DNA of 64,000 nt from the IMG/VR virus record IMGVR_UViG_3300047157_000197, positions 62,001 to 126,000 of that record, one strand, 5' to 3'. Both the position numbers and the translations under genes were made by a program. Of the stretch, positions 28,889 through 39,300 are shown piece by piece. Positions within the stretch are counted from its first letter, which is position 1. Each line of letters begins with the position of its first letter. The notes below the pieces were generated by a model. The model was given only the letters and a program-made list of their open reading frames with translations, made no database searches and was not told the DNA's origin.

Positions 28889-29850
28889 AAATTCTAATCA
28901 CAGGTGGTTCAGGTTATTTAGGTTCAGTTATTACAGAGAAGTTATTAAATAAAAACTATGAAGTTACAATCTTAGATAACTTAATGTATAATCAAACATC
29001 ATCAATTACATTTACACATAACCCCAATTTTAATTTTATTTATGGAGATGTTAGAGATAAATCATTACTAAAATCATTAGTAAATACTTTTGATGTAATT
29101 ATACCACTTGCAGCGATTGTAGGATTTCCCGCATGTGATAGAGATAAAGATTTAGCAACTGCAATTAATTACGAGCACGTAAGATATATTTGTGAGTTAG
29201 TAAATGGAACAAAAATAAGGGTGGTTTATCCGAACACGAATAGTGGATATGGGATAGGAGAGAGTGGTGAGTGTACTGAAGAAAGTCCACTTAACCCAAT
29301 ATCACATTATGGTGTAACGAAAGTAAAAGCTGAAGGAGAGGTTCTTGGGATAGGAGGGATTTCTGTTAGATTAGCAACTGTATTTGGTACATCACCAAGA
29401 ATGAGAATGGATTTATTAGTAAACGAATTTGTTTACAAAGCCCTAACAGATAAATACATTACAATATTCGAAAAAGATTTTGTAAGAAATTACATTCATA
29501 TTAGAGATGTTGCAAATGTATTTTTATTTATGATTGAAAACTATGAAAAACATAGTGGAGAAGTTTTCAATGTAGGATTATCAGATGCCAATTTATCAAA
29601 AGAACAATTGGTAGAAAAAATAAAAGGATATGTACCTGATTTTGCAATAACATATTCAGATTATTATTCAGACCCTGATAAAAGAGATTATATAGTATCT
29701 AATGAAAAAATCGAATCAGTAGGTTGGGTTGCAGAGCATTCATTGGATAATGGAATAGAAGAATTAATTAAAACATATACCATTCTTATACAAGATTTAA
29801 GCTCTAAGTATAGAAATGGTTTCCCATTAGGTTATGGCAAAAGGACGTAG
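28885..29850 (+). CDS. NAD-dependent NDP-sugar epimerase/dehydratase (SDR)
   Basis: TGGSGYLG, YGVTK (YxxxK), RLATVFG, RNYIHIRD. Confidence 0.9.
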   Translation: MKILITGGSGYLGSVITEKLLNKNYEVTILDNLMYNQTSSITFTHNPNFNFIYGDVRDKSLLKSLVNTFDVIIPLAAIVGFPACDRDKDLATAINYEHVRYICELVNGTKIRVVYPNTNSGYGIGESGECTEESPLNPISHYGVTKVKAEGEVLGIGGISVRLATVFGTSPRMRMDLLVNEFVYKALTDKYITIFEKDFVRNYIHIRDVANVFLFMIENYEKHSGEVFNVGLSDANLSKEQLVEKIKGYVPDFAITYSDYYSDPDKRDYIVSNEKIESVGWVAEHSLDNGIEELIKTYTILIQDLSSKYRNGFPLGYGKRT

Positions 29851-30418
29851 TATATTTTATAAACAAAGAGATTGGGATGATTTTCATTTTTATCATGGGT
29901 CAACTTTAAATGAAGTTAAAGTAGTACAACCATCGATATATTATGAACAACGAGGTTCAATATCTACAACATATCATTCGGATTATTATGATAGAATCTT
30001 ACCAGCAAACGATAGAAATAATGGTTTAAAATTTAAACACGATAGATTTTCAAAATCAAAAAAGAATGTGTTGAGAGGATTACATTATGATGATAAAACT
30101 TGGAAACTTGTTAATTGCTTACATGGTAAGATTTATTTAGTTGTATTAGATTTAAGACCTAAACAAGATAACTATGGTAAATGGGAATCATTTATCCTCT
30201 CACCAGAAACAGCAACACAAGTTTTAATTCCACCAATGTTTGCAAACGGTCATTATGTATTTGAAGATGATTCTATCTTTAGTTATAAATTGGCATACCA
30301 AGGGGAATTTAACGATGTAGATAAACAACAAACAATAAAATGGAATAGTACAAAGTTCAACATCGATTGGCCGTGTACAACTCCTATAATATCAAAAAGA
30401 GATGCAAATGGAAATTAA
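29834..30418 (+). CDS. rmlC: dTDP-4-dehydrorhamnose 3,5-epimerase-like cupin
   Basis: EQRG, SKSKKNVLRGLHY, KLV.C..G.IY.V..DLR, IPPMFANG, ISKRD. Confidence 0.85.
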   Translation: MAKGRSIFYKQRDWDDFHFYHGSTLNEVKVVQPSIYYEQRGSISTTYHSDYYDRILPANDRNNGLKFKHDRFSKSKKNVLRGLHYDDKTWKLVNCLHGKIYLVVLDLRPKQDNYGKWESFILSPETATQVLIPPMFANGHYVFEDDSIFSYKLAYQGEFNDVDKQQTIKWNSTKFNIDWPCTTPIISKRDANGN

Positions 30419-31046
30419 AAATTTAGATTATCACAAAGATAGATGGGTAGATGGCAACTGGTCAAAACAAGATTTAATTGATTTTGAGGATGATATTATT
30501 TCTCATTGGGAAAATGGAGAAATCACAGGCCCTATACATTTATCAAATGGTAATGAAGAACAACTTATAAAAATATTTAACAAAATTGGTATTAATGATT
30601 GGGTATTTTCAACTTGGAGGTCTCATTATCATGCACTACTACATGGTGTAGAACCACAAGTGTTAAAACAAAAAATATTAGAAGGAAAATCTATTACAAT
30701 AATTGATAAGGAATCTAATTTCTACTCATCAGCAATTGTAACAGGTATTTTACCTATTGCATTAGGTGTTGCAAAAGGAATAAAAGAAAAAGGTAGTGAT
30801 GAAAAGGTATGGTGTTTTATTGGAGATATGACATTTGAAACTGGTATATTCTATGAAGTACACAAGTACGCTAGAAATTTTAATTTACCACTTTATTTTG
30901 TAGTAGAAGATAATGAAGTTTCTACCAATACACCAACTTCACATACTTGGAATGAAATTCAAAGAGAAATTCCAGAAGATGTAATTTATTACAAATATAA
31001 ATCTAAATATCCTCACTATGGGACAGGAAAATGGGTAGTATTTTAA
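30402..31046 (+). CDS. TPP-dependent E1-alpha-like subunit (short)
   Basis: GPIHLSNGNE, STWRSHYH, GDMTFETG...VEDN TPP motif. Confidence 0.85.
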   Translation: MQMEIKNLDYHKDRWVDGNWSKQDLIDFEDDIISHWENGEITGPIHLSNGNEEQLIKIFNKIGINDWVFSTWRSHYHALLHGVEPQVLKQKILEGKSITIIDKESNFYSSAIVTGILPIALGVAKGIKEKGSDEKVWCFIGDMTFETGIFYEVHKYARNFNLPLYFVVEDNEVSTNTPTSHTWNEIQREIPEDVIYYKYKSKYPHYGTGKWVVF

Positions 31047-32233
31047 ATTTTGTTTTTTTGTTTGATGAAGTCTCTCAACCTAGTTGGTATATGAATGGGC
31101 CATTTTCTGATTATATTTCAATAAACTATAATTACACAGTTGGTATTGAGTTTGATAGTAATCTTAATAACATTATTGTATTAGAAACACACGAACATTT
31201 CAAAGGAACTCATCAAAATTTAGAAACACAAATTTTTGGAACAACAATACTTGAAATATTGAAAAACAATGACGTAAAAATAATATTTGCTTCAATCGCA
31301 GACCCACCTGATGATAGAGAAACTGTTAAATTAAAAAATAAAATTGAAAAAGCAGGATTAACTAATAAAGTTTATTATATAGAAAGTTCTATAAACAATC
31401 GAAATAAAAAGAATACATTTTGTTATCACCATTTCTTAGAAGAACCAGTTGTTCATAAATTAAAGAATGGAGAATGGAACTTTTTTAATAATTATACCAA
31501 TGAATTGGGATATAAAAGTACAGATATTCAAGAAACTGAAATAAATGAATATAGAGAAAAGAAATTTTTATCCTTTAATAGAACAATAGATAAGTTTAAT
31601 AGATGGAGTTTATTACACACTTACTTAGAAAATGATTTTTCGGATTCATATTTTAGTTTTTTAAACTTTTCAAATGATTACTCATCAAAAATAACTCATG
31701 AAAATGCACCAATATATTGTAAAACTCCTAGATTAGCATTTGAAGAATATACTAGTAGAATACCAATAGAACTTGATACACAAAATATAAAATCAAATAC
31801 TGATTTATCAAGATTTAAAACAAGTGATACTTTTAAAAAGAATTTGTTTTTAAACTCATGTATCAATATTGTAACTGAAACAACATTTAGAGAAAATGAA
31901 GTGTTCCTATCAGAAAAAATTATAAAGCCTCTTATAGGATATCAACCATTTATTGTTCTAGGCCCATATCAATATCTTAAAGAATTAAAAAATTTAGGAT
32001 ATAAAACTTTTTCTGAATTTTGGGATGAAAGTTATGATGAAATAGAAAACGCAGAAGAACGATATTTTGCAGTAGAAAAAATAATATTAGAATTAAATAA
32101 AAAAAATATTGATGAAATAAACGAAATTTATCAAAAAATTAAAAATATATGTATATATAATAGAAAGGTATTTGATAATTACGATATAGATTCGATTCCA
32201 AATATAATAAAACAAATAGAAAATGAAAAATAA
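31031..32233 (+). CDS. Putative glycosyltransferase-like protein (paralog 3)
   Basis: FLSFNR...IVTETTF...FLSEKIIKPLIGYQPF...GYKTFSEFWDESYD. Confidence 0.5.
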   Translation: MGSILNFVFLFDEVSQPSWYMNGPFSDYISINYNYTVGIEFDSNLNNIIVLETHEHFKGTHQNLETQIFGTTILEILKNNDVKIIFASIADPPDDRETVKLKNKIEKAGLTNKVYYIESSINNRNKKNTFCYHHFLEEPVVHKLKNGEWNFFNNYTNELGYKSTDIQETEINEYREKKFLSFNRTIDKFNRWSLLHTYLENDFSDSYFSFLNFSNDYSSKITHENAPIYCKTPRLAFEEYTSRIPIELDTQNIKSNTDLSRFKTSDTFKKNLFLNSCINIVTETTFRENEVFLSEKIIKPLIGYQPFIVLGPYQYLKELKNLGYKTFSEFWDESYDEIENAEERYFAVEKIILELNKKNIDEINEIYQKIKNICIYNRKVFDNYDIDSIPNIIKQIENEK

Positions 32234-33188
32234 AAAGGTTTTGATAACAGGTGCCAACGGATTGGTTGGTAATTACATGGTTCAAAAATGTATCGATAGA
32301 GGTGCATTTGTAACGGCGGTTGATATAAGACAACCAGACAATCAACTAGAAAAATATAAAGATGAAAATTACCAATTCATTAATGCAGATTTAAGAGAGT
32401 TCTCCTCGTGTAAAAGAGTTGTAGAGGGTCAAGATATCATATTTCATATTGCAGGTGTTAAGGGTTCTCCTAAGAGGGCAATGGAACAACCTGCTGATTA
32501 CTTTGTACCTATGTTACAATTTAATACCAATATGATGGAAGCAGCAAGATTAGAAGATGTAGAATGGTATGTGTACACTTCAACTGTTGGAGTATATCAA
32601 CCAGCTGAGGTATTTTATGAAGATGATGTATGGAAAACATTCCCATCAGAAAAAGATAAGTATGCTGGATGGGCAAAGAGATTAGGTGAATTACAAGCTG
32701 AAGTTTATTCTGTATCATTTGATTGGAATAAGGCATCGGTTGTAAGACCAGCAAACATTTATGGTAGACATGATAACTTCGGACCAGAATCAACAGTAAT
32801 TGCATCACTTATTAAAAGATTATTTGGTGAAAAGGAACATCCACTAATTTGTTGGGGAGATGGTTCACCAATCAGAGATTTTATTTATGCTGGTGATGTT
32901 GCTGATGGTATCATAAAATCATACGAACAAAAATTAACACAACCAATCAACTTAGGTAGTGGTACTGGTGTTACCATTAGAGAACTTGCTGAAACTCTTG
33001 TAGATATTTACGAAGAAATGTATGGAGTTAAGGTTGGTATCGAATGGGATAGTACAAAACCAAATGGAGATGCTAAAAGATTGATGAGTACAGAAAGAGC
33101 AGAATCTTTCGGAGTTATTCAACAAGTATCTTTAAGAGAAGGATTAAAAGAAACAATAGATTATTATTTAAACGAATTTACAAAATAA
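32223..33188 (+). CDS. NAD-dependent NDP-sugar epimerase/reductase (GDP-fucose-synthase-like SDR)
   Basis: TGANGLVG, RPANIYG, WGDGSPIRDFIY, NLGSG. Confidence 0.85.
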   Translation: MKNKKVLITGANGLVGNYMVQKCIDRGAFVTAVDIRQPDNQLEKYKDENYQFINADLREFSSCKRVVEGQDIIFHIAGVKGSPKRAMEQPADYFVPMLQFNTNMMEAARLEDVEWYVYTSTVGVYQPAEVFYEDDVWKTFPSEKDKYAGWAKRLGELQAEVYSVSFDWNKASVVRPANIYGRHDNFGPESTVIASLIKRLFGEKEHPLICWGDGSPIRDFIYAGDVADGIIKSYEQKLTQPINLGSGTGVTIRELAETLVDIYEEMYGVKVGIEWDSTKPNGDAKRLMSTERAESFGVIQQVSLREGLKETIDYYLNEFTK

Positions 33189-33194
33189 AAAGTT

Positions 33195-34187
33195 ATGAAA
33201 AAAACAGACAAAATATTAGTTACAGGAGCAAGTGGATTTATAGGTTCACGATTAGTTAAATCACTTTATGAAGGTGGATTTACAGATATAAGAGCAACAT
33301 CTTGGAGTAGAGATTTAAGAAATGATTTCGAAGGATGTGAAAATGTAGAATTTTTAAAAGGAAATTTACAAGATGCAGATTTTTGTGAAATCGTATCAAA
33401 AGATATTGATGTAATTTTTCATTGTGCAGCTAACACTTCAAATGCTTTGGATACAAAATTTAATCCATTACTTCATGTTACACCAAATATTGAAATGAAT
33501 GTAAATCTTATGGAACAAAGTTGGAGAAACAAAGTTCGTAAGTTTATGTTTATATCATCTAATACAACATATCCTGATATGGGAGATGTTCCTTGTACTG
33601 AAGATATAGAAGTTCAAACACCAGATATTGTACCTGTATATAAAGCAGTGGGTAATATGAAAAGATATTGTGAAACACTTTGTGATTTCTTTTCAAATCA
33701 GATTCACGACCCAATGCAGTGTATTATTATCAGACCTTCTAATGCATTTGGACCAAATGATAAATTTGATTTTGAAAAATGTCATGTTACACCAGCAAAC
33801 ATTAGAAAAGTAGCAGATAATTTAAATCCTATTCCTGTATGGGGAGATGGAACTGAAGTAAGAGATGTTATTCATGTTGATGATATGGTAGGTGGGTTTA
33901 TTACAGTTGCAGAAAAAGTTGATACATACGATATTTACAATGTATCCTATGGTTCAGGTTATACTGTAATGGAAGTACTTGATAAAATTAAAGAAATAGA
34001 AGGAAACACAAATCCGGTAGAATTTGTTAATAACAAAGCACCGATGATACCTGTAAGACTTCTTGGTAACGATAAACTTGTTGCACTTGGATGGAAACCT
34101 AAATATGATTTAGATAGTGGATTGAGAGATGCACTTAAGTGGTATAAAGCAAACAAAGACCAGTTTAATCCAAATTCAAGACCATAA
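33195..34187 (+). CDS. NAD-dependent NDP-sugar epimerase/reductase (SDR)
   Basis: TGASGFIG, RPSNAFG, WGDGTEVRDVIHVDD. Confidence 0.85.
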   Translation: MKKTDKILVTGASGFIGSRLVKSLYEGGFTDIRATSWSRDLRNDFEGCENVEFLKGNLQDADFCEIVSKDIDVIFHCAANTSNALDTKFNPLLHVTPNIEMNVNLMEQSWRNKVRKFMFISSNTTYPDMGDVPCTEDIEVQTPDIVPVYKAVGNMKRYCETLCDFFSNQIHDPMQCIIIRPSNAFGPNDKFDFEKCHVTPANIRKVADNLNPIPVWGDGTEVRDVIHVDDMVGGFITVAEKVDTYDIYNVSYGSGYTVMEVLDKIKEIEGNTNPVEFVNNKAPMIPVRLLGNDKLVALGWKPKYDLDSGLRDALKWYKANKDQFNPNSRP

Positions 34188-34738
34188 TGGCAGAACCAAA
34201 ATTTACACCATATTTAGATGCTTTAACAGAAGCAATGAAATTAAGTATGGAAAATGATAACACAATATTCATCGGACAGCAGATAGTTTATTATGGCAAC
34301 CCAATGAGTAAAACCATTGAAGGATTGCCAAAAGAACGAATGATTGAAACTCCTGTAATGGAAGAAGTTCAAATGGGAATGACTTTAGGGTTAGCAATGT
34401 ATGGTCATTCAGTAATTAGTTTTTATCCAAGATGGGATTTTGTTATATGTGCTGCAAATCAATTAGTAAATCATTTAGATAAAATAAATGTAATGTCTGA
34501 TGGTGCATGGAATCCAAATATAATTATTCGAGTTGGTAAGGGAAGTGATACACCACTTGACCCTGGTCATCAACACAAAGCAGATTATACAGAAGAATTT
34601 TCATCTATGTTAAAACATACAAATGTAGTAAAACTTGATACTCATGAAAAAATACTTCCAGCTTATAAAGAAGCATTAACAAATGGTGGTATTTGGGTGA
34701 TGGTTGAATATCCTCAATTATACTATGAAGATAAATAG
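34187..34738 (+). CDS. TPP-dependent E1-beta/transketolase pyrimidine-binding subunit (short)
   Basis: ETPVMEE.QMG..LGLA, CAANQLVNH, PGHQH. Confidence 0.85.
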   Translation: MAEPKFTPYLDALTEAMKLSMENDNTIFIGQQIVYYGNPMSKTIEGLPKERMIETPVMEEVQMGMTLGLAMYGHSVISFYPRWDFVICAANQLVNHLDKINVMSDGAWNPNIIIRVGKGSDTPLDPGHQHKADYTEEFSSMLKHTNVVKLDTHEKILPAYKEALTNGGIWVMVEYPQLYYEDK

Positions 34739-36179
34739 AGTATTTGATATTATTGGACCACGAGGACCAGTGCCAAATGGTTTAAATTGGAATTTTACTG
34801 ATACGTTTTGGGATTACGATTTTTATATCTATCATAAACTTATTGATAAATTTAATGAATCATATACACAAATATCTGTTTATGATTGTAATTTAAATTT
34901 ACCACAAGATATTATAAAAAACTATCATATAAGTGATTTACATTTTGATGAAAATGCAAAAGAAATCACAAACAAAAAAGAAAATTATTTTTTTACCATA
35001 CATCCATTTGGTAACATTCACATTTCTACTGGATTAGATACGAGCTATCACGAAGGTAGACATAGTTTTGATTTTATATCAAAGAAAACAAAATCATATT
35101 CTAAAGCTTCAAATTTTTGGTTTATATATGATTATAGTAGTGAAGGTGATATTAACGAATATATATTTGAATCATTACATCTTGCGTGTGAACGAAACAA
35201 TATAAATCCCTCAAAAATTATTGTAATAACTGCATCTGAAAATACTTTTGATATTTACAAAAAATATTTAGATAAAAATCCACAAGATAATTTATTATAT
35301 ACAGCATTTTATCCATGGTCACTTCTTGGAAAAGCAAAAGATACAAATTCCATTTTGTTTGAAAATAAAATAATAAATTTTCATGGGTTTAAAAATAAAA
35401 ATTCTGTAATGTTAGATGAAGAATTTGATAATCTAACTCAACGAGAATCTCATGCACTTTGTTTAAATAGAAGATTGGCACCTCATAGAATAATATTAAT
35501 AAGTTGGTTACTTGAAACTAAACTTTTTGATAAAACAAAAACTTCTTTTGATATAAATCTGTTACACTCACATGATGCCGGATTAGATTTAATATCAGGC
35601 AGTGGACATGATGAAGAGGGCTATATTAAAACACAGCCTATTAAAAATCTAATAATGGGTGGTTATCGAAAAATGATAAAGAAAGAAAAAAGTATTATAG
35701 ATTTTGAAGATATAGAAAATGTTTGGGGATTTGCATTTGAAAACTCAGAAAACTATAAATCAACCTATTTTTCAATTGTAACAGAAACTCTTTTTTATGA
35801 GTTTGGAAATTATTTATCTGAAAAAACTTGGAAACCAATTGCACACTTACATCCATTTATTTTTGTTGGTAGACCTGGTATGTTGAAGTTTTTACATAGT
35901 TTAGGATTTAAAACTTTTAGTGAGTATTGGGATGAAAGTTATGATACTGTCGAATCAAACTCATTAAGAATGGAAAAGATATTTGAAGTTACTACAACAC
36001 TATTATCTAAAAGTAAAGATGAGTGGGATTTATTAAATAAAAAATTAAAACCTATACTTATTTATAACAGAAATTTACTTTTATCATTTCAAGAAGAAAA
36101 GGTAGGTAATGCTTATAAAAATAAATTATTTAATTTAATTAAACATGAACCTAATCAAGAAAATTATTACTTACTTTAA
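34725..36179 (+). CDS. Putative glycosyltransferase-like protein (paralog 4)
   Basis: LCLNRR...IVTETLF...YLSEKTWKPIAHLHPF...GFKTFSEYWDESYD; likely start 34725 (track 34704). Confidence 0.5.
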   Translation: MKINRVFDIIGPRGPVPNGLNWNFTDTFWDYDFYIYHKLIDKFNESYTQISVYDCNLNLPQDIIKNYHISDLHFDENAKEITNKKENYFFTIHPFGNIHISTGLDTSYHEGRHSFDFISKKTKSYSKASNFWFIYDYSSEGDINEYIFESLHLACERNNINPSKIIVITASENTFDIYKKYLDKNPQDNLLYTAFYPWSLLGKAKDTNSILFENKIINFHGFKNKNSVMLDEEFDNLTQRESHALCLNRRLAPHRIILISWLLETKLFDKTKTSFDINLLHSHDAGLDLISGSGHDEEGYIKTQPIKNLIMGGYRKMIKKEKSIIDFEDIENVWGFAFENSENYKSTYFSIVTETLFYEFGNYLSEKTWKPIAHLHPFIFVGRPGMLKFLHSLGFKTFSEYWDESYDTVESNSLRMEKIFEVTTTLLSKSKDEWDLLNKKLKPILIYNRNLLLSFQEEKVGNAYKNKLFNLIKHEPNQENYYLL

Positions 36180-36261
36180 AAATAGAAAAAGAGAAAAAAT
36201 CTATAAAAAAAAGTTAGAAGAACTTAGAAAAAGAGACCCCTTTATCTATAAGAATCATTAA
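36145..36261 (+). CDS. Very small basic protein (not in ORF track)
   Basis: MNLIKKIITYFKNRKREKIYKKKLEELRKRDPFIYKNH*, 38 aa. Confidence 0.5.
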   Translation: MNLIKKIITYFKNRKREKIYKKKLEELRKRDPFIYKNH

Positions 36262-36275
36262 TTATAAATTCTACC

Positions 36276-36284
36276 ATATTTATA
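36276..36284 (+). promoter_or_regulatory. ATATTTATA putative promoter
   Basis: Followed by TAAGGT SD (36291) and ATG 36306. Confidence 0.6.
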
Positions 36285-36305
36285 TACTGATAAGGTGTAC
36301 CGAAT

Positions 36306-39300
36306 ATGAATAAACTTTCCAAATTTCTCGTAGAGAGTATAATGGAGGATGCGAATCCTATTAAAAAAACCGTAGTTGTCTATGTGGGTAGGTTTCAACC
36401 TATGCATAAAGGACATGCTGGTACTTACCAACACCTTGTCAAAAAGTTCGGTAAGGATAATGTTTATGTTGGTACATCTGATAAGGTACAATTACCTAAA
36501 TCACCTTTTAACTTTAAAGAAAAGGTAAAAATTATGACTACTATGTTTGGAATTCCAAAATCCAAAATACATAAAGTCAAGAATCCATACAAACCCACAG
36601 AAATTCTTAAAAAGTTTGATGAAGAAACAACTGCATTCGTAACTGTTGTTGGTGAGAAAGATAAAAACCGATTAGGTGGTAAATACTTTCAACCATATAA
36701 GGGAGAACCATCTGTGGGATATAGAGATGGTGGGTATGTTTATGCAGCTCCAATGACTGGTGGTTCAGTAAGTGGTACAGAAGTACGAAATGGATTATCA
36801 GTTGGTTCTGATGAACAGAAAAAGAATTTCTTTAAGAAACGAGCATATGGAAAGTTTAATGCAACTATTTTTAGTATGATTACTGATAAACTCGATGAGG
36901 GAATTGAAATTTCTAAAGAGATGATTGAGGAGTGGTTGTTAAACGAGGGTTCTAAGATGGGAAGTGGTCAAGCAGATGACGGACCTAACTTTATGTTTCC
37001 AAATTATGATGTTTTCTCTAAGATAAATGTAGATAGAGCAAAAAGAATTGGTTATGAAGTGGTAAATATGATTACTAACAAAGAGTTAGAAGATTACTAT
37101 GACCATCCAACATACCCAAATGGACCTGTTAAAGCAGTAACTCCATTTCCAGCAGGTGTACTTGGTACAACAACTGCAACTAACCAAGTTGATATCTATT
37201 CATCAGATGCTTATTCTAAATGGTTTAAGCACGTAACTCGTAAAGCAGCATTAGTTGGTTACGAATTAGTAAAAGGATTAGATACTAATAAAGATGAAAA
37301 AGAACAATCATTAGATTCTCAAAAAGGTGATAAAAAATCACAAGAAGAATACGAAGCATCTTTAAATGAAAATATAGTACTACCAATTAAAGTTGGCGAT
37401 ACCATTATGACTGGTAGATTTAAGAACAAGAAAACAGTTGTTAAATCAATCGGTAAAGATGAACATGGAATGCCAACAATCAATGGTAGAAAAGTAGTTA
37501 CCTTTAGAATGGTTAAAGAAGGATTCATTTCAGAACTTGCAGGAACAGAAGTAAAGTGTGAAAAATGTAATCACCAATGGGAAATCGAATCTGATGATAG
37601 TGAAAAGTATTTATGTCATTCATGTGGATGGGATTCTCAAAAAGGAGAATACGATTTTGATGCATTTGATTCGTGGCAAGAGAAAATGGGTATATCCGAA
37701 GATGTAGATGTAGAAGAAAGTAAAGGTAGATTAAGACCCGCCGCATTACTTAGAAGAAAAGCAGCGATGGCTGGAAAACGAGCTCAAATTGCAAGAAGGA
37801 GAGCAAGAACAATGAAGAGAAGAAAACCTCTTTCTAAACTTAAAAAGATTGCATACAAAAAAGCATACCTACAAGTTTATGATGAGTTTATGAAAGATTT
37901 GTTTCCTGGTAAAAAGAAAAATGAATTATCTATCGCACAGGCTAAAGTAGTTCATAAGAATGTATTAAGAAAAAAAGGTAGAGTTAGGAAAAGAGCCAAG
38001 TTTAGATTCTTGCCAGCATTAAGAGATGCAGAAGTACAGAAGTTTGGTAAAAAAGATGATACTAATGAATTGATGATTGGATATGCTGGACCTGAAGATA
38101 TGAAAAGGTTCGATAAAAGAAATAAGGAATATAGAAAAGATTCTGATTCTAATAAAGAATATCAATACGATACTATAAAGGAAGTTAATGAATTCTTTTA
38201 TATGGATTTCAAAAAGTATGTTTACAAAAACAGAAAACAAATCAATCAAAAACTAAAAGGATTATCTTATAGAAAAAAGGCAGAGTTCTTAGAGTTACTT
38301 TGGAAAAAACAAGTTGGTAAAGGATTCGGTAAAGATGCTGATGGTAGAGATATACATTACAAACTTAAATCAGATAAAGTAATTAAGGAATCGTTACCAA
38401 CAAAGGTAACAGATAAGTTTAAATCTGTAAAGAGTAGTAAACCTTCATCAGAAGCTGAAAAGGATTTTAATAAACATCATACATATTCATCATATGCAAA
38501 AAGAGGTTCAATAGCTGAACCAGATACAATTGATTTTGATGATGATGATAAAAAAGGTGGACATCAAGAGAAAGAAAAGGATACTAAGAAAAGAGGATAT
38601 GAACCAATTGAAGAAAGTTTAAAAGATTTAGGAATAAAAGATTTTAAATCGTTATTTAAGAAAATGCCTTCTGATTTACAAAAGAGAGTTTACAATCTAA
38701 AAAACTTTGGACAGAGAGTAGATAAACATCCTGAAGGAAATGTTCTTAAACACACAATCGTAGTTGTAAATCGTTCAATCAAAGAAGATGATATTGATAT
38801 TGCAATAGCAGCAATGTTCCATGATATAGGAAAAGATGAAACTGCAGGTATTCATCCAAAGAAAGGACACATTACACACTTTGGACATGAGAAAGTATCG
38901 GCATCTTTAGTAAAGAAGTATAAAAAGTTTATAGAATCAGTTGGTGGTAATCCAGCAAATGTATTTTACATTGTTAAAAACCATATGAGATACAAACAAC
39001 TATCTGTAATGACTCCTAAAAAAGTAAATAAACTAAAATCATTCAGAGCATTTGATAAATTAGGTAAATTCTCAAAACACGATAGAAGTGGATTAGATGA
39101 GAACAAAGCAACAAGAACTAAATTTAGTTTATCTGTACCATCTGATATTAAAAAACTTCAAAAGGCATTTAAAAAGAATAAAAAACAACTTTATGTTGTA
39201 GGTGGAGCAGTTAGAGATGCACTTATGGGTAATTCCCCAAAAGATTTCGATTTAACAACAGATGCAACACCAGAAGAAATGATTAAGATTGCTAAACAAG

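Noticed and set aside
30402-34738. Pyruvate dehydrogenase as an auxiliary metabolic gene
   Set aside because: Subunits are truncated, no E2/E3 in the window, and they are embedded among NDP-sugar enzymes
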